In this document: positions 1 to 12,700 of the stretch, piece by piece
How the letters are laid out: each line of letters begins with the position of its first letter
How positions within the stretch are numbered: position 1 is the first letter of the stretch
DNA from: the human T2T-CHM13v2.0 reference genome, Homo sapiens
Length of the DNA stretch: 64,000 nucleotides
Direction: 5' to 3' (one strand)
Assembly: GCF_009914755.1 (NCBI RefSeq)
Contig: NC_060939.1
Notes under the pieces: generated by a model
The model's input: the letters and a program-made list of their open reading frames with translations, nothing else
Databases searched by the model: none
What the model was told of the DNA's origin: nothing
Made by a program: the position numbers and the translations under genes

Positions 1-737
1 TACTATTGAGTCCGTTTTATTCCAGTCCACTGCATTGTGGTCCATTCCATTTGATTCCATTCCATTCTATTCCATTCCATACAGTTGCATTCCATTGGAT
101 TCCATGCTATATCTATAAATTCAATTCGAGACCATTGCTTTTGAGTCCATTCTATATGATTCCATTCCATTCAAGTCCATTACATTTGGTTAAATTCCAT
201 TCCATTCGGTTCAATTCCATTCCATTCCATTCCCTTCCATTCCATTCCAGTTGATATCAATCCATTCGATTCCATTCCATTCGAGCACATTCCATTCGAG
301 TCCATTCCATTCGATGCCATTCCATTTGATTCTATTCCATTAGTCTCCATTCAATTCCATTAATCTCCATTCCATTCCATTCTACTCCAACTGATTCCAT
401 TCCATTCTATTCCTTTCCATTCCATTTCATTCCATTCCATTCCATTCCATTCCATTCCATTCCATTCGTGTCCATTCCACTCCAGTCCATTCCATTCGTA
501 TCCATTCCATTCCAGTCCATTCCATTTGTGTCCACTGCATTCCATTCCACTCCATTCCATATTATTCCATTACACTCCATTCCATTCTATTACTTTCATA
601 TCCATTCAATTCCATTCCATTTGATTCCATTCCACTCGGTTTCATTCCATTTGAGTCCACTCCAATCCATTCCATTCCATTCAGTTCCATTCCATTCTGT
701 TCCATTCCATTCCGTTCCATTACATTCCATTCCATTC

Positions 738-743
738 GGTACC
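738..743. other. Single KpnI site (GGTACC) of the monomer, representative copy
   Basis: ttcGGTACCattccatattg recurs once per monomer and once per 3.45-kb unit (49246, 52691, 56141). It is mutated at 38542-38547. Confidence 0.95.
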
Positions 744-3700
744 ATTCCATATTGTTCCATTCGATTCCATTCGAATCCATTCCATTCCAGTCCATTCCAT
801 TCGATTCCATTCCATTCATTTCAATTCCATTCCATTCCATTCCATTACATTCCACTTGATTCCTCTCCATTCCCTTCCACTGCATTCCGTTCGATTCCAT
901 TCCATTGCATTGCATTCCATTCCATTGGATTGCATTCCATTCGATTCCATTCCATTCGAATCAATTACATAGCAATCCATTACATTCGAGTCTATTCTCT
1001 TCCGTTCCATTCGATTTCGTTCCAATCCATTCGATTCCATTCCATTCGATTCCATTCCATACTATTGCATTCCATTCTATTACATTATATTCGAATAAGT
1101 TCCATTCAAGACCATTTCTTTTGAGTCCATTCTATTTGAGTCCATTCCCTTTGATTCCATAACATTTGAGTCCATTCAATTCCATTCCTTTCGTTTCCAT
1201 TCCATTTGATGCCATTCCATTCAATTCTGTTCTACTCGACTCCAATACATTCAATTCCATTCCATCCGATTCCATTACATTCTTTTCATTTCTTATCCAT
1301 TTCAAGCCATTCCACTCCATTCCATTCCACTCGTTTCCTTTCCATTCGAGTCCATTCCTCTCCAGTCCATTCCGTTCAATCCATTCCATTCCAGTCCATT
1401 CCATTCGAGTCCGTTCCATTCCAGTCCATTCCATTCGAGTCAATTCCATTCCATTCGATGTCTTTCCATAACGATCCATTCCATTCTATTCCTTTCGATT
1501 CCATTCCATTCTATTTCATTCCATTCGATTCCCTTCCATTGGACTCCTTTCCATTCGAGTGCATTCCATTCCGTTCCATTTCTTTCCGTTCTGTACGATT
1601 CCTACCGTTCGATTTCATTTTGTTCCAGTCCATTCCTTTCGCGTCCATTCCATTCCATTTCACTCCATTCGATTCCATTCCACTCGATTCCACTTCGTTC
1701 CATTTCATTGCATTCCATTCTATTCAACTCTATTGCCTTCCATTCCATTCCATTCGATTACATTCCATGCGATTCCATTCGAAATCGAATCAATTACATT
1801 GCAATCCATTACTATTGAGTCCCTTTTATTCCAGTCCACTGCATTGTGGTCCATTCCATTTGATTCCATTCCATTCTATTCCATTCCATACAGTTGCATT
1901 CCATTGGATTCCATGCTATATCTATAAATTCAATTCGAGACCATTGCTTTTGAGTCCATTCTATATGATTCCATTCCATTCAAGTCCATTACATTTGGTT
2001 AAATTCCATTCCATTCGGTTCAATTCCATTCCATTCCATTCCCTTGCATTCCATTCCAGTTGATATCAATCCATTCGATTCCATTCCATTCGAGCACATT
2101 CCATTCGATGCCATTCCATTTGATTCTATTCCATTAGTCTCCATTCAATTCCATTAATCTCCATTCCATTCCATTCTACTCCAACTGATTCCATTCCATT
2201 CTATTCCATTCCATTCCATTTCATTCCATTCCATTCCATTTCATTCCATTCCATTCCATTCGTGTCCATTCCACTGCAGTCCATTCCATTCGTGTCCATT
2301 CCATTCCAGTCCATTCGATTTGTGTCCACTGCATTCAATTCCACTCCATTCCATATTATTCCATTACACTCCATTCCATTCTATTACTTTCATTTCCATT
2401 CAATTCCATTCCATTTGATTCCATTCCACTCGGTTTCATTCCATTTGAGTCCACTCCATTCCATTCCATTCCATTCCATTCAGTTCCATTCCATTCTGTT
2501 CCATTCCATTCCGTTCCATTACATTCCATTCCATTCGGTACCATTCCATATTGTTCCATTCGATTCCATTCGAATCCATTCCATTCCAGTCCATTCCATT
2601 CGATTCCATTCCATTCATTTCAATTCCATTCCATTCCATTCCATTACATTCCACTTGATTCCTCTCCATTCCCTTCCACTGCATTCCGTTCGATTCCATT
2701 CCATTGCATTGCATTCCATTCCATTGGATTGCATTCCATTCGATTCCATTCCATTCGAATCAATTACATAGCAATCCATTACATTCGAGTCTATTCTCTT
2801 CCGTTCCATTCGATTTCGTTCCAATCCATTCGATTCCATTCCATTCGATTCCATTCCATACTATTGCATTCCATTCGATTACATTATATTCGAATAAGTT
2901 CCATTCAAGACCATTTCTTTTGAGTCCATTCTATTTGAGTCCATTCCCTTTGATTCCATAACATTTGAGTCCATTCAATTCCATTCCTTTCGTTTCCATT
3001 CCATTTGATGCCATTCCATTCAATTCTGTTCTACTCGACTCCAATACATTCAATTCCATTCCATCCGATTCATTACATTCTTTTCATTTCTTATCCATTT
3101 CAAGCCATTCCACTCCATTCCATTCCACTCGTTTCCTTTCCATTCGAGTCCATTCCTCTCCATTCCATTCCGTTCAATCCATTCCATTCCAGTCCATTCC
3201 ATTCGAGTCCGTTCCATTCCAGTCCATTCCATTCGAGTCAATTCCATTCCATTCGATGTCTTTCCATAACGATCCATTCCATTCTATTCCTTTCGATTCC
3301 ATTCCATTCTATTTCATTCCATTCGATTCCCTTCCATTGGACTCCTTTCCATTCGAGTGCATTCCATTCCGTTCCATTTCTTTCCGTTCTGTACGATTCC
3401 TACCGTTTGATTTCATTTTGTTCCAGTCCATTCTTTTGCGTCCATTCCATTCCATTTCACTCCATTCGATTCCATTCCACTCGATTCCACTTCGTTCCAT
3501 TTCATTGCATTCCATTCTATTCAACTCTATTGCCTTCCATTCCATTCCATTCGATTACATTCCATGCGATTCCATTCGAAATCGAATCAATTACATTGCA
3601 ATCCATTACTATTGAGTCCGTTTTATTCCAGTCCACTGCATTCTGGTCCATTCCATTTGATTCCATTCCATTCTATTCCATTCCATACAGTTGCATTCCA

Positions 3701-6700
3701 TTGGATTCCATGCTATATCTATAAATTCAATTCGAGACCATTGCTTTTGAGTCCATTCTATATGATTCCATTCCATTCAAGTCCATTACATTTGGTTAAA
3801 TTCCATTCCATTCCATTCCCTTCCATTCCATTCCAGTTGATATCAATCCATTCGATTCCATTCCATTCGAGCACATTCCATTCGAGTCCATTCCATTCGA
3901 TGCCATTCCATTTGATTCTATTCCATTAGTCTCCATTCAATTCCATTAATCTCCATTCCATTCCATTCTACTCCAACTGATTCCATTCCATTCTATTCCT
4001 TTCCATTCCATTTCATTCCATTCCATTCCATTCCATTCCATTCCATTCCATTCGTGTCCATTCCACTCCAGTCCATTCCATTCGTATCCATTCCATTCCA
4101 GTCCATTCCATTTGTGTCCACTGCATTCCATTCCACTCCATTCCATATTATTCCATTACACTCCATTCCATTCTATTACTTTCATTTCCATTCAATTCCA
4201 TTCCATTTGATTCCATTCCACTCGGTTTCATTCCATTTGAGTCCACTCCATTCCATTCCATTCCATTCAGTTCCATTCCATTCTGTTCCATTCCATTCCG
4301 TTCCATTACATTCCATTCCATTCGGTACCATTCCATATTGTTCCATTCGATTCCATTCGAATCCATTCCATTCCAGTCCATTCCATTCGATTCCATTCCA
4401 TTCATTTCAATTCCATTCCATTCCATTCCATTACATTCCACTTGATTCCTCTCCATTCCCTTCCACTGCATTCCGTTCGATTCCATTCCATTGCATTGCA
4501 TTCCATTCCATTGGATTGCATTCCATTCGATTCCATTCCATTCGAATCAATTACATAGCAATCCATTACATTCGAGTCTATTCTCTTCCGTTCCATTCGA
4601 TTTCGTTCCAATCCATTCGATTCCATTCCATTCGATTCCATTCCATACTATTGCATTCCATTCGATTACATTATATTCGAATAAGTTCCATTCAAGACCA
4701 TTTCTTTTGAGTCCATTCTATTTGAGTCCATTCCCTTTGATTCCATAACATTTGAGTCCATTCAATTCCATTCCTTTCGTTTCCATTCCATTTGATGCCA
4801 TTCCATTCAATTCTGTTCTACTCGACTCCAATACATTCAATTCCATTCCATCCGATTCCATTACATTCTTTTCATTTCTTATCCATTTCAAGCCATTCCA
4901 CTCCATTCCATTCCACTCGTTTCCTTTCCATTCGAGTCCATTCCTCTCCAGTCCATTCCGTTCAATCCATTCCATTCCAGTCCATTCCATTCGAGTCCGT
5001 TCCATTCCAGTCCATTCCATTCGAGTCAATTCCATTCCATTCGATGTCTTTCCATAACGATCCATTCCATTCTATTCCTTTCGATTCCATTCCATTCTAT
5101 TTCATTCCATTCGATTCCCTTCCATTGGACTCCTTTCCATTCGAGTGCATTCCATTCCGTTCCATTTCTTTCCGTTCTGTACGATTCCTACCGTTCGATT
5201 TCATTTTGTTCCAGTCCATTCTTTCGCGTCCATTCCATTCCATTTCACTCCATTCGATTCCATTCCACTCGATTCCACTTCGTTCCATTTCATTGCATTC
5301 CATTCTATTCAACTCTATTGCCTTCCATTCCATTCCATTCGATTACATTCCATGCGATTCCATTCGAAATCGAATCAATTACATTGCAATCCATTACTAT
5401 TGAGTCCGTTTTATTCCAGTCCACTGCATTCTGGTCCATTCCATTTGATTCCATTCCATTCTATTCCATTCCATAGAGTTGCATTCCATTGGATTCCATG
5501 CTATATCTATAAACTCAATTCGAGACCATTGCTTTTGAGTCCATTCTATATGATTCCATTCCATTCAAGTCCATTACATTTGGTTAAATTCCATTCCATT
5601 CGGTTCAATTCCATTCCATTCCATTCCCTTCCATTCCATTCCAGTTGATATCAGTCCATTCGATTCCATTCCATTCGAGCACATTCCATTCGAGTCCATT
5701 CCATTCGATGCCATTCCATTTGATTCTATTCCATTAGTCTCCATTAAATTCCATTAATCTCCATTCCATTCCATTCTACTCCAAATGATTCCATTCCATT
5801 CTATTCCTTTCCATTCCATTTCATTCCATTCCATTCCATTCCATTCCATTCCATTCGTGTCCATTCCACTCCAGTCCATTCCATTCGTATCCATTCCATT
5901 CCAGTCCATTCCATTTGTGTCCACTGCATTCCATTCCACTCCATTCCATATTATTCCATTACACTCCATTCCATTCTATTACTTTCATATCCATTCAATT
6001 CCATTCCATTTGATTCCATTCCACTCGGTTTCATTCCATTTGAGTCCACTCCATTCCATTCCATTCCATTCAGTTCCATTCCATTCTGTTCCATTCCATT
6101 CCGTTCCATTACATTCCATTCCATTCGGTACCATTCCATATTGTTCCATTCGATTCCATTCGAATCCATTCCATTCCAGTCCATTCCATTCGATTCCATT
6201 CCATTCATTTCAATTCCATTCCATTCCATTCCATTACATTCCACTTGATTCCTCTCCATTCCCTTCCACTGCATTCCGTTCGATTCCATTCCATTGCATT
6301 GCATTCCATTCCATTGGATTGCATTCCATTCGATTCCATTCCATTCGAATCAATTACATAGCAATCCATTACATTCGAGTCTATTCTCTTCCGTTCCATT
6401 CGATTTCGTTCCAATCCATTCGATTCCATTCCATTCGATTCCATTCCATACTATTGCATTCCATTCGATTACATTATATTCGAATAAGTTCCATTCAAGA
6501 CCATTTCTTTTGAGTCCATTCTATTTGAGTCCATTCCCTTTGATTCCATAACATTTGAGTCCATTCAATTCCATTCCTTTCGTTTCCATTCCATTTGATG
6601 CCATTCCATTCAATTCTGTTCTACTCGACTCCAATACATTCAATTCCATTCCATCCGATTCCATTACATTCTTTTCATTTCTTATCCATTTCAAGCCATT

Positions 6701-9700
6701 CCACTCCATTCCATTCCACTCGTTTCCTTTCCATTCGAGTCCATTCCTCTCCAGTCCATTCCGTTCAATCCATTCCATTCCAGTCCATTCCATTCGAGTC
6801 CGTTCCATTCCAGTCCATTCCATTCGAGTCAATTCCATTCCATTCGATGTCTTTCCATAACGATCCATTCCATTCTATTCCTTTCGATTCCATTCCATTC
6901 TATTTCATTCCATTCGATTCCCTTCCATTGGACTCCTTTCCATTCGAGTGCATTCCATTCCGTTCCATTTCTTTCCGTTCTGTACGATTCCTACCGTTCG
7001 ATTTCATTTTGTTCCAGTCCATTCTTTCGCGTCCATTCCATTCCATTTCACTCCATTCGATTCCATTCCACTCGATTCCACTTCGTTCCATTTCATTGCA
7101 TTCCATTCTATTCAACTCTATTGCCTTCCATTCCATTCCATTCGATTACATTCCATGCGATTCCATTCGAAATCGAATCAATTACATTGCAATCCATTAC
7201 TATTGAGTCCGTTTTATTCCAGTCCACTGCATTCTGGTCCATTCCATTTGATTCCATTCCATTCTATTCCATTCCATAGAGTTGCATTCCATTGGATTCC
7301 ATGCTATATCTATAAACTCAATTCGAGACCATTGCTTTTGAGTCCATTCTATATGATTCCATTCCATTCAAGTCCATTACATTTGGTTAAATTCCATTCC
7401 ATTCGGTTCAATTCCATTCCATTCCATTCCCTTCCATTCCATTCCAGTTGATATCAGTCCATTCGATTCCATTCCATTCGAGCACATTCCATTCGAGTCC
7501 ATTCCATTCGATGCCATTCCATTTGATTCTATTCCATTAGTCTCCATTCAATTCCATTAATCTCCATTCCATTCCATTCTACTCCAACTGATTCCATTCC
7601 ATTCTATTCCTTTCCATTCCATTTCATTCCATTCCATTCCATTCCATTCCATTCCATTCGTGTCCATTCCACTCCAGTCCATTCCATTCGTATCCATTCC
7701 ATTCCAGTCCATTCCATTTGTGTCCACTGCATTCCATTCCACTCCATTCCATATTATTCCATTACACTCCATTCCATTCTATTACTTTCATATCCATTCA
7801 ATTCCATTCCATTTGATTCCATTCCACTCGGTTTCATTCCATTTGAGTCCACTCCATTCCATTCCATTCCATTCAGTTCCATTCCATTCTGTTCCATTCC
7901 ATTCCGTTCCATTACATTCCATTCCATTCGGTACCATTCCATATTGTTCCATTCGATTCCATTCGAATCCATTCCATTCCAGTCCATTCCATTCGATTCC
8001 ATTCCATTCATTTCAATTCCATTCCATTCCATTCCATTACATTCCACTTGATTCCTCTCCATTCCCTTCCACTGCATTCCGTTCGATTCCATTCCATTGC
8101 ATTGCATTCCATTCCATTGGATTGCATTCCATTCGATTCCATTCCATTCGAATCAATTACATAGCAATCCATTACATTCGAGTCTATTCTCTTCCGTTCC
8201 ATTCGATTTCGTTCCAATCCATTCGATTCCATTCCATTCGATTCCATTCCATACTATTGCATTCCATTCTATTACATTATATTCGAATAAGTTCCATTCA
8301 AGACCATTTCTTTTGAGTCCATTCTATTTGAGTCCATTCCCTTTGATTCCATAACATTTGAGTCCATTCAATTCCATTCCTTTCGTTTCCATTCCATTTG
8401 ATGCCATTCCATTCAATTCTGTTCTACTCGACTCCAATACATTCAATTCCATTCCATCCGATTCCATTACATTCTTTTCATTTCTTATCCATTTCAAGCC
8501 ATTCCACTCCATTCCATTCCACTCGTTTCCTTTCCATTCGAGTCCATTCCTCTCCAGTCCATTCCGTTCAATCCATTCCATTCCAGTCCATTCCATTCGA
8601 GTCCGTTCCATTCCAGTCCATTCCATTCGAGTCAATTCCATTCCATTCGATGTCTTTCCATAACGATCCATTCCATTCTATTCCTTTCGATTCCATTCCA
8701 TTCTATTTCATTCCATTCGATTCCCTTCCATTGGACTCCTTTCCATTCGAGTGCATTCCATTCCGTTCCATTTCTTTCCGTTCTGTACGATTCCTACCGT
8801 TCGATTTCATTTTGTTCCAGTCCATTCCTTTCGCGTCCATTCCATTCCATTTCACTCCATTCGATTCCATTCCACTCGATTCCACTTCGTTCCATTTCAT
8901 TGCATTCCATTCTATTCAACTCTATTGCCTTCCATTCCATTCCATTCGATTACATTCCATGCGATTCCATTCGAAATCGAATCAATTACATTGCAATCCA
9001 TTACTATTGAGTCCGTTTTATTCCAGTCCACTGCATTCTGGTCCATTCCATTTGATTCCATTCCATTCTATTCCATTCCATACAGTTGCATTCCATTGGA
9101 TTCCATGCTATATCTATAAATTCAATTCGAGACCATTGCTTTTGAGTCCATTCTATATGATTCCATTCCATTCAAGTCCATTACATTTGGTTAAATTCCA
9201 TTCCATTCGGTTCAATTCCATTCCATTCCATTCCCTTCCATTCCATTCCAGTTGATATCAATCCATTCGATTCCATTCCATTCGAGCACATTCCATTCGA
9301 GTCCATTCCATTCGATGCCATTCCATTTGATTCTATTCCATTAGTCTCCATTCAATTCCATTAATCTCCATTCCATTCCATTCTACTCCAACTGATTCCA
9401 TTCCATTCTATTCCTTTCCATTCCATTTCATTCCATTCCATTCCATTCCATTCCATTCCATTCCATTCCATTCGTGTCCATTCCACTCCAGTCCATTCCA
9501 TTCGTATCCATTCCATTCCAGTCCATTCCATTTGTGTCCACTGCATTCCATTCCACTCCATTCCATATTATTCCATTACACTCCATTCCATTCTATTACT
9601 TTCATATCCATTCAATTCCATTCCATTTGATTCCATTCCACTCGGTTTCATTCCATTTGAGTCCACTCCATTCCATTCCATTCCATTCAGTTCCATTCCA

Positions 9701-12700
9701 TTCTGTTCCATTCCATTCCGTTCCATTACATTCCATTCCATTCGGTACCATTCCATATTGTTCCATTCGATTCCATTCGAATCCATTCCATTCCAGTCCA
9801 TTCCATTCGATTCCATTCCATTCATTTCAATTCCATTCCATTCCATTCCATTACATTCCACTTGATTCCTCTCCATTCCCTTCCACTGCATTCCGTTCGA
9901 TTCCATTCCATTGCATTGCATTCCATTCCATTGGATTGCATTCCATTCGATTCCATTCCATTCGAATCAATTACATAGCAATCCATTACATTCGAGTCTA
10001 TTCTCTTCCGTTCCATTCGATTTCGTTCCAATCCATTCGATTCCATTCCATTCGATTCCATTCCATACTATTGCATTCCATTCGATTACATTATATTCGA
10101 ATAAGTTCCATTCAAGACCATTTCTTTTGAGTCCATTCTATTTGAGTCCATTCCCTTTGATTCCATAACATTTGAGTCCATTCAATTCCATTCCTTTCGT
10201 TTCCATTCCATTTGATGCCATTCCATTCAATTCTGTTCTACTCGACTCCAATACATTCAATTCCATTCCATCCGATTCCATTACATTCTTTTCATTTCTT
10301 ATCCATTTCAAGCCATTCCACTCCATTCCATTCCACTCTTTTCCTTTCCATTCGAGTCCATTCCTCTCCAGTCCATTCCGTTCAATCCATTCCATTCCAG
10401 TCCATTCCATTCGAGTCCGTTCCATTCCAGTCCATTCCATTCGAGTCAATTCCATTCCATTCGATGTCTTTCCATAACGATCCATTCCATTCTATTCCTT
10501 TCGATTCCATTCCATTCTATTTCATTCCATTCGATTCCCTTCCATTGGACTCCTTTCCATTCGAGTGCATTCCATTCCGTTCCATTTCTTTCCGTTCTGT
10601 ACGATTCCTACCGTTCGATTTCATTTTGTTCCAGTCCATTCCTTTCGCGTCCATTCCATTCCATTTCACTCCATTCGATTCCATTCCACTCGATTCCACT
10701 TCGTTCCATTTCATTGCATTCCATTCTATTCAACTCTATTGCCTTCCATTCCATTCCATTCGATTACATTCCATGCGATTCCATTCGAAATCGAATCAAT
10801 TACATTGCAATCCATTACTATTGAGTCCGTTTTATTCCAGTCCACTGCATTCTGGTCCATTCCATTTGATTCCATTCCATTCTATTCCATTCCATACAGT
10901 TGCATTCCATTGGATTCCATGCTATATCTATAAATTCAATTCGAGACCATTGCTTTTGAGTCCATTCTATATGATTCCATTCCATTCAAGTCCATTACAT
11001 TTGGTTAAATTCCATTCCATTCGGTTCAATTCCATTCCATTCCATTCCCTTGCATTCCATTCCAGTTGATATCAATCCATTCGATTCCATTCCATTCGAG
11101 CACATTCCATTCGATGCCATTCCATCTGATTCTATTCCATTAGTCTCCATTCAATTCCATTAATCTCCATTCCATTCCATTCTACTCCAACTGATTCCAT
11201 TCCATTCTATTCCATTCCATTCCATTTCATTCCATTCCATTCCATTTCATTCCATTCCATTCCATTCGTGTCCATTCCACTGCAGTCCATTCCATTCGTG
11301 TCCATTCCATTCCAGTCCATTCGATTTGTGTCCACTGCATTCAATTCCACTCCATTCCATATTATTCCATTACACTCCATTCCATTCTATTACTTTCATT
11401 TCCATTCAATTCCATTCCATTTGATTCCATTCCACTCGGTTTCATTCCATTTGAGTCCACTCCATTCCATTCCATTCCATTCCATTCAGTTCCATTCCAT
11501 TCTGTTCCATTCCATTCCGTTCCATTACATTCCATTCCATTCGGTACCATTCCATATTGTTCCATTCGATTCCATTCGAATCCATTCCATTCCAGTCCAT
11601 TCCATTCGATTCCATTCCATTCATTTCAATTCCATCCCATTCCATTCCATTACATTCCACTTGATTCCTCTCCATTCCCTTCCACTGCATTCCGTTCGAT
11701 TCCATTCCATTGCATTGCATTCCATTCCATTGGATTGCATTCCATTCGATTCCATTCCATTCGAATCAATTACATAGCAATCCATTACATTCGAGTCTAT
11801 TCTCTTCCGTTCCATTCGATTTCGTTCCAATCCATTCGATTCCATTCCATTCGATTCCATTCCATACTATTGCATTCCATTCGATTACATTATATTCGAA
11901 TAAGTTCCATTCAAGACCATTTCTTTTGAGTCCATTCTATTTGAGTCCATTCCCTTTGATTCCATAATATTTGAGTCCATTCAATTCCATTCCTTTCGTT
12001 TCCATTCCATTTGATGCCATTCCATTCAATTCTGTTCTACTCGACTCCAATACATTCAATTCCATTCCATCCGATTCATTACATTCTTTTCATTTCTTAT
12101 CCATTTCAAGCCATTCCACTCCATTCCATTCCACTCGTTTCCTTTCCATTCGAGTCCATTCCTCTCCAGTCCATTCCGTTCAATCCATTCCATTCCAGTC
12201 CATTCCATTCGAGTCCGTTCCATTCCAGTCCATTCCATTCGAGTCAATTCCATTCCATTCGATGTCTTTCCATAACGATCCATTCCATTCTATTCCTTTC
12301 GATTCCATTCCATTCTATTTCATTCCATTCGATTCCCTTCCATTGGACTCCTTTCCATTCGAGTGCATTCCATTCCGTTCCATTTCTTTCCGTTCTGTAC
12401 GATTCCTACCGTTTGATTTCATTTTGTTCCAGTCCATTCTTTCGCGTCCATTCCATTCCATTTCACTCCATTCGATTCCATTCCACTCGATTCCACTTCG
12501 TTCCATTTCATTGCATTCCATTCTATTCAACTCTATTGCCTTCCATTCCATTCCATTCGATTACATTCCATGCGATTCCATTCGAAATCGAATCAATTAC
12601 ATTGCAATCCATTACTATTGAGTCCGTTTTATTCCAGTCCACTGCATTCTGGTCCATTCCATTTGATTCCATTCCATTCTATTCCATTCCATACAGTTGC

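Noticed and set aside
114-119. TATAAA once per monomer as a promoter TATA box
   Set aside because: It is a lone hexamer in AT-rich satellite, and homologous positions in sister subunits read aataag or aataaa. There is no supporting promoter context.
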